Shown here one piece after another: positions 47,024 through 56,925 of a stretch of DNA of 64,000 nucleotides. The position numbers and the translations under genes were made by a program. This stretch comes from Bacillota bacterium (GTDB lineage Bacteria; Sysuimicrobiota; Sysuimicrobiia; Sysuimicrobiales; Segetimicrobiaceae), in the NCBI GenBank assembly GCA_021324295.1, contig JAJPJJ010000086.1:19991-83990 (forward strand), written 5' to 3'. Below the pieces are notes generated by a model that worked only from the letters and a program-made list of their open reading frames with translations, did no database searches and was not told the origin of the DNA. Each line of letters begins with the position of its first letter. The stretch's first letter is position 1.

Positions 47024-47169
47024 GCACCCAGCCTAACACACGCCGCGGCGCGCGCGCAAACCACCGACCGCCGGCGGCCGCCACGGAGCGGTTCAGTACG
47101 CCATCGCGTGGTTTGGGCAGAGGAGAGACGATGGGGGGTGGCGACGGACCGGAACCGCGCCCTGCCGCA

Positions 47170-48099
47170 CTACGTGAAGAGGCTGCTCACCGACTCGTTC
47201 AGGTGGATGTTGCGCATCGCGCGCGCCAGCAGCGGCGCGGCCGAGAGGATTCGCATCTTGGCGAGGCGCTTCTGGGCCGGGGTTGGGACGCTGTTGGTCA
47301 CCGCGACCTCCTGGATGTCGTCCCGGGACAGCGCGGCCACGGCGCCGTCGGCGAGGATCGCGTGCGTGGCGCAGACATAGGCCTCGGAGCGCGCGCCATG
47401 CTGGCGCAGAGCGTCGAGAGCGGAGCACACGGTACCGGCCGTACTGATGATGCGGTCGATGAGGATCGGCACGCGGTCCTCGACGTCGCCGACGACCTGC
47501 ACCGCGCGCTTGATGTCCGGGGAGGGGCGGCGCTGGAATACGACGGCGAGCGGCAGGCGCAGCCGCTCCGCCAGCCGGTAGGCCACTTTCACCGCGCCGT
47601 CATCGGGGGCCACCACGACCGCGCGGGACAGCTCCTTCGCCGCGAGGTACTCCGCGAACAGGGGAAGCGCCCGCAGATGGTCGACGGGGATCGCGAAGAA
47701 CCCCTCGATCTGATCGGCGTCGAGGTCGAGCGCCAGCACGCGGTGCACACCCGCGCTCTGCAGGAGGTCCGCGACGAGGCGGCCGGTAATCGGCTCGCGA
47801 GGCGCGTGTTTCTTGTCCTGCCGCGCGTAGCCATAGTAGGGCATGACCGCGGTAATGCGTCCGGCCGACGCGCGGCGGAGCGCATCGACCATCACCAGCA
47901 GCTCCATCAGGTTCTCGTTGACCGGCGGACAGGTGGGCTGGATCACGAACGCATCGGCGCCGCGCACGCTCTCCTCGAACCGTGTATAGATCTCGCCGTC
48001 CTCGAACCGGCGGATGGTGACGCGACCGAGGGGAAAGCCAAGCTCGGCGGCCACCTCCTCGCCCAACGGTGGGTTGGCGGTGCCGCAGAAGACCTTCAT
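47170..48099 (-). CDS. prs: Ribose-phosphate pyrophosphokinase
   Basis: MKVFCGTANPPLGEEVA...RFEDGEIY...YYGYARQDKK...DLDADQIEGFF and a PRPP-loop region. ATG at 48099. Confidence 0.93.
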   Translation of the reverse strand: MKVFCGTANPPLGEEVAAELGFPLGRVTIRRFEDGEIYTRFEESVRGADAFVIQPTCPPVNENLMELLVMVDALRRASAGRITAVMPYYGYARQDKKHAPREPITGRLVADLLQSAGVHRVLALDLDADQIEGFFAIPVDHLRALPLFAEYLAAKELSRAVVVAPDDGAVKVAYRLAERLRLPLAVVFQRRPSPDIKRAVQVVGDVEDRVPILIDRIISTAGTVCSALDALRQHGARSEAYVCATHAILADGAVAALSRDDIQEVAVTNSVPTPAQKRLAKMRILSAAPLLARAMRNIHLNESVSSLFT

Positions 48100-48157
48100 C
48101 TCCGCGTCGGACCGCAGGCCACCCGGTGCCCGCGCCGGGATCGGCTCCGCCCCGGGC

Positions 48158-48421
48158 CTAGCGGGCCTGGACCAGAAAGCGGATGGCCGTGCGCTCTTCA
48201 CCCTCGATTTCCACCTTGGTGAAGGCGGGAATCGCCACCAGGTCGATGCCGTTCGGGGCGACAAACCCGCGGGTGATCGCGATGGCCTTGACGGCCTGGT
48301 TCACGGCGCCCGCGCCGACCGCCTGGATCTCGACGGAGCCCTTCTCGCGCAGCACGGCCGCGAGCGCACCGGCAACGGCCTTCGGCTTCGAGTCGGCAGA
48401 CACCTTGAGGACCTCCCCCAT
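48158..48421 (-). CDS. spoVS: SpoVS-family protein
   Basis: MGEVLKVSADSKPKAVAGALAAVLREKGSVEIQAVGAGAVNQAVKAIAITRGFVAPNGIDLVAIPAFTKVEIEGEERTAIRFLV is near-canonical SpoVS. ATG at 48421. Confidence 0.92.
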   Translation of the reverse strand: MGEVLKVSADSKPKAVAGALAAVLREKGSVEIQAVGAGAVNQAVKAIAITRGFVAPNGIDLVAIPAFTKVEIEGEERTAIRFLVQAR

Positions 48422-48643
48422 GCGGCCACCGCCCCTTCGCCTGCCGCGTCGACTCAGCGCGTTGTGTACGTCCGACGGCCGTTCGGCCCGGCCCTCTTCC
48501 ACGGTGCGCCGAGGAACTCCTCCCCGCGGCGCCGGCGGCCGTCTCGCACCGCCGGACGCGGGCGCTCGCGACCGCGCGTTGCCACACATAAGAGTACCGC
48601 AGCGGGCGGGCGAAAGGTTCCGCGACGCACGGCGCTACGGCGC

Positions 48644-49399
48644 TCACGAGCGCCGGAGACGCGGGACAGCCGCGCGTGCCCGCTCGAGGTAGATCACCCC
48701 CATAAACTGGGGAATCGCGAGCTGCCGGCGGATCCGGCGCGGCTCGCGGAGGAGGCGGTAGGACCACTCCAGACCGAGGGTCTGCCACAGCCGTGGCGCC
48801 CGGCGGGCCCGCCCCGCCCAGACGTCCAGCGTCCCCCCGACGCCCATCACGACCGGCACGCCGAGGGCGTCGAGACGGCCGGCCAGCCAGCGCTCCTGGC
48901 GCGGGAAGCCGAGCCCGGCGAACAGCAGGTCCGGCGAAGCACGGCGGACGGCTTCGACCACACGGCGGTCCTCCCCCGGGCCGAAGTAGCCGCCCGCGCA
49001 GCCGGTGATGAGGAGGCCCGGATACCGCGCGCGCAGCCGCGCGGATGCCGCTTCGGCGACCCCGGCCGCGCCGCCGAGGAGATAGAGCCGCCAGCCCCGG
49101 CCGGCGGCCTCCCGACAGAGCCGCTCGGCGAGATCGATCCCGGGCACCCGCGCCGGCAGCGGGCGGCCGAGCTGCCGCGAGCCCCACACCACGCCGACGC
49201 CGTCGGCGACCACGAGGGACGCGCGGGCCAGGATCTCCCGCACGTCCGGCGCGCGGCGCGCGAGCATGACCATCTCCACGTTGGCGGTCACGACGAGGTG
49301 CGGGCCCGGCTCGGTCATCATCGCGCTGATGCGCCGCACCGCGCTCTCCAGATCCACCGCGTCGAACCCCGTGCCGAGGATCTCGACCCGCTGGGTCAC
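48644..49399 (-). CDS. tagA: WecB/TagA/CpsF-family glycosyltransferase
   Basis: VEILGTGFDAVDL...HLVVTANVEMVM...VADGVGVVWGSR...LLGGAAGVAE...PDLLFAGLGFPRQERW...VMGVGGTLDV. GTG 49399 overlaps the csaB stop (GTGA). Confidence 0.9.
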   Translation of the reverse strand: MTQRVEILGTGFDAVDLESAVRRISAMMTEPGPHLVVTANVEMVMLARRAPDVREILARASLVVADGVGVVWGSRQLGRPLPARVPGIDLAERLCREAAGRGWRLYLLGGAAGVAEAASARLRARYPGLLITGCAGGYFGPGEDRRVVEAVRRASPDLLFAGLGFPRQERWLAGRLDALGVPVVMGVGGTLDVWAGRARRAPRLWQTLGLEWSYRLLREPRRIRRQLAIPQFMGVIYLERARAAVPRLRRS

Positions 49400-50490
49400 G
49401 GGATCGCGACTCCCAGGAGCTGCGCCGCGAGATCCGGGGCCAGCGCAGCGCGCTGCCGCAGCGCCGGCACCGCGGCACAGAGCGCCGCCCGGAGGGCGGG
49501 ACGATCCGCGATCGCCCGGGCGATCGCGTCGCTGACCTCGCTCGGGCTCGCGCGCATCCCGATCGGCGCGGGCCCGCCGAGGTCGCGCGTGAGCGCTTCC
49601 ACCTTCGGGTCGTACGCGATCGGGACGACCGGCACCCCCTGCGAGATCGCGAAGAGCAACGCGTGCAGCCGCATCCCGACCAGCAGGTCGAGGCTCCCGA
49701 TGAGGGCGAGCATCTCGCCCGGGCGGAGCGGGGCGCGCACCACCGTGGCCAGGGACCCGAGGCGTCGCCCGAGCGCGTCGCACGGCGCCAGATCGGAGGG
49801 GTGCATCGGCAGGAGGACCCACCGGACCCCGAAGCGCTCCCCGGCCAGCCGGGCGCCCGCCAGCGCCGCGGTCAGCAGGCCGTCGCCGCCCGCCCAGGGG
49901 CGCATCGCCATCCCGCACCAGGTCCCTTCTCCCCACCGGACCCGCTCGGCGCGCGCGGCCTCGGACCACTCGGGGCTCAGCAGCAACGACGGGTCGGCGC
50001 TGAGGACCGTGCGGGGCCGGCGGATGCCCCACTCCGCCAGCAATGCCTGCGACGTGCGGTCGCGTACGGCGATGGCATCCACGCGGTCGAGCACGAACGC
50101 GAGGGCGCCGCGGACGCACGCGCGGCGCGGCGGCTCGATGCCCTGCGCGTACACCATCGTCCGCCGGCCGAGCGTCCGAGCGGCCGCAAGGAGCGCGAGG
50201 TAGTACCAGGGGCTCCGCCAGCTCGTGGCGTCCTGAAACAAGCTCCCCCCACCGCTCAGGAACAGGTCGCACCTCGCCAGCTCGCGCACGAGCGCGGCGG
50301 GGTCGCGGCGCGAGAGGGCGCGCACCCCGTGCGCCCGCGCCGTCTCCGCGGGCCGGGCCGAGAGGACCGTGATCTCGATGTCGGGGATGCGGCGCCGGAG
50401 CTCTTGGACGGTGGCCGCCAGCACCGCTTCGTCGCCCAGGTTGTGGAAGCCGTAGTACCCGGAGATGACGACCCGCTTACCGCGCCGCAT
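49396..50490 (-). CDS. csaB: Polysaccharide pyruvyl transferase CsaB
   Basis: RVVISGYYGFHNLGDEAVLAATVQEL...LFLSGGGSLFQDATS...VGMRLHALLFA matches the CsaB family. ATG at 50490. Confidence 0.88.
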   Translation of the reverse strand: MRRGKRVVISGYYGFHNLGDEAVLAATVQELRRRIPDIEITVLSARPAETARAHGVRALSRRDPAALVRELARCDLFLSGGGSLFQDATSWRSPWYYLALLAAARTLGRRTMVYAQGIEPPRRACVRGALAFVLDRVDAIAVRDRTSQALLAEWGIRRPRTVLSADPSLLLSPEWSEAARAERVRWGEGTWCGMAMRPWAGGDGLLTAALAGARLAGERFGVRWVLLPMHPSDLAPCDALGRRLGSLATVVRAPLRPGEMLALIGSLDLLVGMRLHALLFAISQGVPVVPIAYDPKVEALTRDLGGPAPIGMRASPSEVSDAIARAIADRPALRAALCAAVPALRQRAALAPDLAAQLLGVAIP

Positions 50491-52636
50491 CGCCCTCGGG
50501 GGCGCGAGATCGTCCTCGATCCTGCGGGACGACCGGCTCGTGCGCCGGCGCGGGGGGCGCCGCGGTGCGCGAGGACGGCCCCCACCACCGCCGGCTCCCG
50601 CCGAGCAGCGCCACGAGGCCCGCCCCGATGAGCGATCCGATGACGAGCGCGTAGACCGTGCGGAACAGGACGTAGACCAGCGGCGTGTGGATGTGCGAGA
50701 ACGAGTTGACGAGCCCCACCTGGCCGATCGCCCCGACCATCGCGGCCGGGAGCACCCAGCGGCGGGCGCCCAGGGCGGCCAGCGCAAAGGCCAGCACCAT
50801 CGCCGGGTCGCCGATGAGATACTCCTTGGTGCGGGGCCGCGCCACGAGCACGTGCTGCAAGACGACGCGGCTCCGGAGCTCGAGGCCCGAGAGCAGCGGC
50901 AGGCCCGAGTTGCCGGTCCGGCCGAGCGCGAACACCGCCAGCAGCCCGACGACGATGATCGCGATCCCGTACTCCAAGCGCAGCGGCTGCCGCAGCCAGG
51001 CGCGCAGCCTGGGCCAGAGCTCCCCCCGGGGCGCGCTCGCGGCCGCCACGAGCAGGCCCGCGAGCACCACGGGGACGATGTGAGCCAGCTTCACGCCCAG
51101 GAACTCACGCATCTCCATCATGAACTGCCACTGGCTGAGCAGCGCGGCCACCATCAGCCCGCCGAGCGCGGTCACCCCGGAGACGGCCCACAGCCCGCCG
51201 ATGGCCCGGCCGAGGACGCGCGACCCCGGGAGGGTCGCCGGCGGCCGCCCGAGCTCCCCGTCCCGCGATGCGGCCGCCCCGGCCCCCTCCTCGGGGCGCC
51301 GGGCCCCCGGGAACAGGCACAGCATCGATAGCGTGGGGAACGCAAGCGCGGCGAGGAACGCCAGGAGCTGCCGCCACAGCGTCGTATGGTGCGCAGCGAT
51401 CGCGGCGACGGTCGCCAGCAGGCCGGCGCCGACCGCCGCCGCGAGCCAGCGGGGCGGCACGGGCGCGCCCAGCGCCGCGCCGACCTCGCCGCCCGTGATC
51501 GCCGCGACCGCCAGCGTCCCGAGGGCCGCGAGGAGGAAGAGGGCCGCGGGCGTCCCGGCGGCGGGCAGCGGCTCCGCCTTCCCCAGCACGTATCCCGCGC
51601 GCACCAGCTCGCTCGCGATCGAGCCGACGTAGTCGAGGTTGGCCGTCACCGCGTTCTCGCCCGCGCCGGTGGTGAGGAACGGCCGGAGGTAGAGGATGCG
51701 GACGTTCCGCTCGCGCGCGGCCAGCACAAACTTGTCGCGAGCGTCGCGGGGCGTCGAGCCGGCGAGCTCCTCCGGCGTCATGCTGAACACCCGGATGACG
51801 CGCGGCGCCACGAGGCGGGCAAGCTGCTGCTCGCCCTTCTGCCGGCGGCGGGCCGTGAACGCCTCGATCTCGCCGAACGCGAACCCGGCGCGGCGCATCT
51901 CCGCGGCCACGGCGGGCACCAGCCGCTCGTACCCGAGCACCTGGTCACGGTCGAAGATCAAGGTAAAGGGCTCCCGGAGCCGCTCCAAGCCGGCGAAGAA
52001 CGCCTCCAATCCTCCCGGCGCCACCTCTCGAAAGTTGCGCACGCGCAGCTCGGCGGCCAGGTGATGGGCCCGCGCGGCGCGGAGGTCGCCCGGGACCACG
52101 CCGAGCGAGGCCTCGGTGAGGTCCTGCCCTCTCCCGTTGATCCGCAGCACCGGCCCGCTGCCGCTTGTGATCGCGGTGCGGGACGCCCCGACCTGCACCG
52201 ACAGGCCCGTCTGGATCAGGCGCAAGAGCGGGAGCGCGCCGAGCACGTACGTATCGTCCGCGCGGATGCGCCCCGCGCGCGCCAGCTCCGCGAGCGGGCC
52301 GCCGAGCGATCCGGTGCGCTGGGCGTTCAGCACGTCCGCCCCGGTCATGTAGGTAGCGAGGCCGGCGTCCGACAGCCGACGGAGCGTGGCCGCGTACAGC
52401 GTGACGCTCCGAGCGCCACGCCGGTACAGCTCCGCGTAGAGGTCCTCGCGCGCGAGGCCGTTGCGCCGGGCGAGGGTGGCCCAGTCGTCGCCGTCGAGCG
52501 TGATCTCGACGGTCCGATAAGCGCGCTCGAGCGCGAAGCGGTGGGCCAGGATCACGAGCGCGGCGGCGAGCCCGGCGAGGGCGCACACGCTCAGGACAGG
52601 ATAGCGACGGGACAGGTACCGCAGCATCGCCGTCAT
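50477..52636 (-). CDS. Large polytopic membrane protein (DUF5693-like, csaB-associated)
   Basis: N-terminal TM segment plus an approximately 330-aa soluble domain plus about 10 C-terminal TM segments. It lies immediately upstream of csaB-tagA, overlapping csaB by 14 nt. Confidence 0.8.
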   Translation of the reverse strand: MTAMLRYLSRRYPVLSVCALAGLAAALVILAHRFALERAYRTVEITLDGDDWATLARRNGLAREDLYAELYRRGARSVTLYAATLRRLSDAGLATYMTGADVLNAQRTGSLGGPLAELARAGRIRADDTYVLGALPLLRLIQTGLSVQVGASRTAITSGSGPVLRINGRGQDLTEASLGVVPGDLRAARAHHLAAELRVRNFREVAPGGLEAFFAGLERLREPFTLIFDRDQVLGYERLVPAVAAEMRRAGFAFGEIEAFTARRRQKGEQQLARLVAPRVIRVFSMTPEELAGSTPRDARDKFVLAARERNVRILYLRPFLTTGAGENAVTANLDYVGSIASELVRAGYVLGKAEPLPAAGTPAALFLLAALGTLAVAAITGGEVGAALGAPVPPRWLAAAVGAGLLATVAAIAAHHTTLWRQLLAFLAALAFPTLSMLCLFPGARRPEEGAGAAASRDGELGRPPATLPGSRVLGRAIGGLWAVSGVTALGGLMVAALLSQWQFMMEMREFLGVKLAHIVPVVLAGLLVAAASAPRGELWPRLRAWLRQPLRLEYGIAIIVVGLLAVFALGRTGNSGLPLLSGLELRSRVVLQHVLVARPRTKEYLIGDPAMVLAFALAALGARRWVLPAAMVGAIGQVGLVNSFSHIHTPLVYVLFRTVYALVIGSLIGAGLVALLGGSRRWWGPSSRTAAPPAPAHEPVVPQDRGRSRAPEGDAAR

Positions 52637-52693
52637 CCCTCGTCTTTCCCCTGCCCGCGCGCCGGAGGCGCGGGACCGCCGCGGGCGAGGGGT

Positions 52694-53428
52694 CTACCGC
52701 GGACGGACCGAGGCATCCAGCGTCGCCTTCCCGTCGGCCACCCGCAGCCCCACGAGGCGCAGACTGAAGGGCAGCGACCGGACGTCCACCACCGGGTTCA
52801 CCGATCGCATCACCTGCTCAGCCACCGCCGCCGGGAGGGGCACCCCGGCCACCGCGAGCCGGTCGAGCACCAGATCGACGCTCGTGCCATCGCGGACGAC
52901 CAGCCGTCCGTCCCCGGTGGCCCGCACCGGCGCGCCCAGCACGGAGACCGTCGCCCCGACGGAGACGCGTCCCGCCGCAATGGCGACGGAGACGTCGCGC
53001 AGGGATGGCTGGGAGGCGAGCACCTGCCTCAACGCCCCCTCGGACACGGTCGCGCGGGCGACCCCGGACCCGAGGTGCTGGATGACCAGCATGCGGGCGA
53101 GGTAGAGTGCCTCCGGATCGAGCCGGAGGTCGCCGAGCCGCAGATCCAGCGCGTCCACCGCGAGGGTTCCCATCCGGAGATGGCGGGCGGCCACGGTCAG
53201 TGCATCGATGCGGCCGACCCACACCGCCGACGGGGGCCAAGCATCGACGCGCACCCGCACGTCCGAGGTGCCGAGCTCGCCGCCCAGCGACGCGCGCAGC
53301 ACGCCGGAGGCGATCGGCGGCGTCAAGAGGTTCACGCCCAGCGCGGCCGCCAGCAGGCCGGTGGCGATCACCCAGATCCTGCCCGGTCCCGTCCCGCTCG
53401 ACCGGCGCCATCCGGCGGGAGGGGTCAC
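52694..53428 (-). CDS. DUF2993/LmeA-like membrane-anchored protein
   Basis: GTG 53428 overlaps the prfB stop (GTGA). One TM segment ([18 protein letters not shown]) followed by repeated beta-rich segments (VRVRVDAWP..., [26 protein letters not shown]). Confidence 0.7.
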   Translation of the reverse strand: MTPPAGWRRSSGTGPGRIWVIATGLLAAALGVNLLTPPIASGVLRASLGGELGTSDVRVRVDAWPPSAVWVGRIDALTVAARHLRMGTLAVDALDLRLGDLRLDPEALYLARMLVIQHLGSGVARATVSEGALRQVLASQPSLRDVSVAIAAGRVSVGATVSVLGAPVRATGDGRLVVRDGTSVDLVLDRLAVAGVPLPAAVAEQVMRSVNPVVDVRSLPFSLRLVGLRVADGKATLDASVRPR

Positions 53429-54592
53429 GAGGTCGCCGCGGGACCGATCCCGCGGCCCTCCTCCGGCGCGCGGCCGCGCGCGGGCGCCGGCGTCCGGCCG
53501 AGGCGCAGGTAGGCGTCGACGAACGGGTCCAGGGCACCGTCCAGGACGGCCTGGGCGTTGCCGGTCTCCACGCCGGTCCGGTGGTCCTTCACGAGCGTGT
53601 ACGGGTGGAGCACGTAGGATCGGATCTGGTTGCCCCACGCCGCCTCGCGGTGCTCCCCGCGCAGCTCCGAGATCTTCTGGCGCTGCTGCTCGCTCTGCAG
53701 CTCGAACAACCGGGCCTGCAGCAGCTTCATCGCCGTCAGCTTGTTCGCGTACTGGGAGCGCTCGTTCTGGCACTGGACGACGATCCCCGTGGGCAGGTGG
53801 GTGATCCGCACGGCGGTCTCGACCTTGTTGACGTTCTGGCCGCCGGCGCCGCCCGACCGGTACGTATCGATGCGCAGCTCGTCCTCCTTGAGCTGCACCT
53901 CCGTCGGCTCGACCTCGGGGATCACGTCCACGAGCGCAAAGGATGTATGCCGGCGGTGCGCCGCGTCGAACGGCGAGATACGCACCAGCCGATGGACGCC
54001 TCGCTCCCCGCGGAGGTATCCGTACGCGCTCGGCCCGGAGACGATGACGGTCACGCTTTTGAGCCCGGCCTCCTCGCCCGGGGAGAGGTCCACGACCTCG
54101 CTGCGGTATCCATGCGTCTCCGCCCACCGCAGGTACATCCGCAGCAGCATCTCGACCCAGTCCTGGGACTCCGTGCCGCCGGCGCCCGCGTGAATCGACA
54201 GGATGGCGTTTCGCTGGTCGTGCTCTCCGCCGAGTAGCGTGGCCAGCTCGACCCGGTCGAGTTCCTCCCCGACGGTCCGGGCCTCGCGCTCGATCTCGGC
54301 GAGCGCCGCCGCGTCATCGCCCGCGGCGGCCAGCTCTGTGAGCTCCTGGAGATCCGCCACCTCGCGGTTGAGGCGCGCCCACTCCTCGAGCCGGGAGCGA
54401 AGCGCGGCGACCTCCCGGGAGACGCGGCGTGCGGCGTCCGGATCGTCCCAGAAGCCCGGCCGCTGCATCTGCCGCTCGAGATCGACTAGGCGGGCCTGCT
54501 GGCGGGGTAGGTCAAAGGTGCCTCCCGATGCCGTGGAGACGCTCGCGGTGCGTCTCGAGCGTGCGCTTGAGCTCGTCGACCGTCATGGTCAT
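53425..54592 (-). CDS. prfB: Peptide chain release factor 2, requiring programmed +1 ribosomal frameshift at 54512-54517
   Basis: ORF0 is [26 protein letters not shown] followed by TGA. The +1 frame continues [24 protein letters not shown]... and contains SPF-region and GGQ motifs ([25 protein letters not shown]). Confidence 0.93.
54511..54526 (-). promoter_or_regulatory. prfB +1 frameshift site (internal SD-like GGGAGG + CUU UGA C)
   Basis: The minus strand reads GGGAGGcacCTTTGAC. This is the classic RF2 autoregulatory recoding signal. Confidence 0.9.
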
Positions 54593-54663
54593 CGCTTCGT
54601 CCTCGCTACCGGCGCGCGAGCGCGCCACCGAGGCGTCCGCTCCGCGCCGCCCTATTATAGCAT

Positions 54664-56925
54664 TCACCAGGACGAAAGCAAAAACCCGAGCAGCACGCGG
54701 CCCGCGCCGTGTGCGAGCGCCAGCGCGGGGACCTGTGTCCACCGGAGGCGGATCAGGCCGAAGACCGCGCCCGAGAAGAGGGCCCAGACCATCGTCTCAG
54801 GGCCGCGGACAGAGGCCGCGGCCATCCCGAGGAGCGCCGACCACACCAGGGCCGCCGCCCCTCCCTTCCAGCCGGCGGCCGCGGCGAAGACGAGCCCGCG
54901 CAGCCACCACTCCTGGGCGAGCCCAACGATCACGATCTGGACCGCGGTCCCGAGCGCCCAGCCGCCGGGGGGCGGCACGAGCGCCGGGGGGAGCCCGTGT
55001 GCCGCGAACGCGCGCGCCGCGACGGCGGCGAAGGCGGCGACCGCTGCGAGCCCGCCGAGCGCGGCCGGCAGGAACCCGGCCGTCCCGCGCCCGATCTCAC
55101 GCGCCCGGTCGCGGGTGAGGAGGGCCGCTGCGGCCAGCACTGCCAGAGCCGGCAGCGGGAGCGGGGCTCCGCCGATCGCGGGGTCGGGCACCCCCGCGGC
55201 GCGCAGGGCCGCGGCGGCGGCGGCGGCTGCGAGCGGGAGCGTCGACACCACGACGAGCCGGCGGAACGCCGGCGCGCGCGCCTGCGCGGTGCCCCAGTCG
55301 CGCGCAGGCGGGAGCAGCAGGACGCCGCTCAACAGCACGGCCCCCCAGCCGAACACGTCCCCCAGCCGCCCGTACGGCGTCCGGCCGTCCAGCGGCACCA
55401 CCGGGGCGGTCAGCACCCCGCGCGCCCCGAGGGGTAGCGTGGCGATCACCCGGCCGCGCGGATCGATGATCTCGCTCGGGCCGCTGTTCGCCGCGCGGAG
55501 GAGGTAGCGCCCCTGCTCGATCGCGCGGAACGGGGCAATCGCGGCGTGCTGGAGGGGGGCGACGCGGCCGTCGAACCACGCGTCGTTCGTGACCACGGCC
55601 AGCAGGCTCGCCCCGTGCGCGACGGCCTGCCGGGCGATCTCGGGGAACGTGCTCTCGAAGCAGATCGCCATGCCGAGCGCCGCCCGCGGCGTGGGCAGCA
55701 CGGCCGGCCCGTGCCCGGCCCGCTCCCCGAACTCGGCGAACGGCACCAGGCGCATCTTGTCGTACCGTCCGACGAGCAGCCCGTCGGGCGCGAACGAGAA
55801 CGCGGAGTTGGTGCGGCCGCCCTCCAGGCTGCTCGCGATGAGCGCGATGCGACCGTCCCGCGCCCAGGCGCTGAGCAGGCGGCGCGTGGCCGGATCGCCC
55901 GCGATGTCGGTCGGCGAGGCGGTCTCCGGCCACACGACAAGGGCGGCGCCGCGGGACGCCGCCTCGTGCGTGAGCCGGCCGAGCGTGACGAGGTCGCGTG
56001 ACGCGCGCCCGGGGTCCCACGTGACCCTGGCGGCGTAGTCCGGCTGGACGACGGCCGCGATGAACGCCCTGGTGGGAGCGCCCCCCGCGAGCCGGGGACC
56101 AGCGGGCGCGGCGAGCGCGGCGTGGCCCCATGCGGTGGCCGCGGCCATGCAGGCCGCGGCCACCGCACAGCTGGGCAGCGAGGCGCGGCGGAAGCGGATC
56201 AGGTGCGCCAGGGTCGCGTTGACCAGGACGACGAGGAAGCCGACGCCGTACACGCCCGCCACCGAGGCAACCTGGGCCACCACGAGCGCCCGGTGCTGCG
56301 ATTCGCCGAGCAGCGCCCACGGGAACCCGAGGGGTCCCCGGCTGCGGCAGAACTCGACGGCGGTCCACACCATCGCGGCCACGAGCGGGGCGGCCGGCCC
56401 CTCCCGGCCCTGCCGGAGCGCCGCCGCCCCCGCCACCGCCAGGGCCGGGAAGACGCCCACGAGGATGACGGCGAGCGTCCAGATCGCGAGCCCGAACGTG
56501 GCGAGCCACCACAGCACGCCGCCCAGGGCGATGGCGCCCCAGGCGTAGCCGAGCCAGAACGCCTCTCGCGGCGGCCGGCCGTGCGCCGCGAGGAAGAGGG
56601 GCACGAGCGCGACCCATGCCAGGCCGCCAAGGTCGAACGGGGGAAAGGCGGCGATGAACGCTCCCGCGGAGGCGGCGACGGCGGCGATCCGCAGCCAGGT
56701 GGCCCGGGACAGGGATCCCGCGGCGCCCGGGGCGCCGCTGCCGACGTGCCCAGGCGTGGACGCTAGGCCCGCAGCTCTACTCCTCTCGGCCGTGACACTT
56801 CTTGTACTTCTTCCCGCTGCCGCACGGGCAGGGATCGTTGCGGCCGACCTTCGCCACTCGCACCGGCGCCTGCACGCCACCGGCGCCGCGCGCGCCATCC
56901 CCGCGCGCGAGCGACGGCTGGCCAT
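54664..56925 (-). CDS. lnt: Apolipoprotein N-acyltransferase fused to a C-terminal polytopic CPBP-like domain (start uncertain)
   Basis: N-terminal TM bundle and a CN-hydrolase domain with the E/K/C triad context ([32 protein letters not shown]). This is followed by about 230 extra aa with several TM segments, including [13 protein letters not shown] and [10 protein letters not shown]. The only in-frame ATG/GTG codons (56925, 56898, 56880) lie inside the secA 3' end. Confidence 0.85.
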   Translation of the reverse strand: MASRRSRAGMARAAPVACRRRCEWRRSAATIPARAAAGRSTRSVTAERSRAAGLASTPGHVGSGAPGAAGSLSRATWLRIAAVAASAGAFIAAFPPFDLGGLAWVALVPLFLAAHGRPPREAFWLGYAWGAIALGGVLWWLATFGLAIWTLAVILVGVFPALAVAGAAALRQGREGPAAPLVAAMVWTAVEFCRSRGPLGFPWALLGESQHRALVVAQVASVAGVYGVGFLVVLVNATLAHLIRFRRASLPSCAVAAACMAAATAWGHAALAAPAGPRLAGGAPTRAFIAAVVQPDYAARVTWDPGRASRDLVTLGRLTHEAASRGAALVVWPETASPTDIAGDPATRRLLSAWARDGRIALIASSLEGGRTNSAFSFAPDGLLVGRYDKMRLVPFAEFGERAGHGPAVLPTPRAALGMAICFESTFPEIARQAVAHGASLLAVVTNDAWFDGRVAPLQHAAIAPFRAIEQGRYLLRAANSGPSEIIDPRGRVIATLPLGARGVLTAPVVPLDGRTPYGRLGDVFGWGAVLLSGVLLLPPARDWGTAQARAPAFRRLVVVSTLPLAAAAAAAALRAAGVPDPAIGGAPLPLPALAVLAAAALLTRDRAREIGRGTAGFLPAALGGLAAVAAFAAVAARAFAAHGLPPALVPPPGGWALGTAVQIVIVGLAQEWWLRGLVFAAAAGWKGGAAALVWSALLGMAAASVRGPETMVWALFSGAVFGLIRLRWTQVPALALAHGAGRVLLGFLLSSW

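Noticed and set aside
47024-47169. A possible leaderless gltX transcript (TAGGCT -10-like hexamer 6 nt upstream of the ATG, no clear SD) or a T-box leader.
   Set aside because: The hexamer match is weak and there is no -35. No T-box specifier or antiterminator elements were seen. The idea is too speculative to report as a feature.
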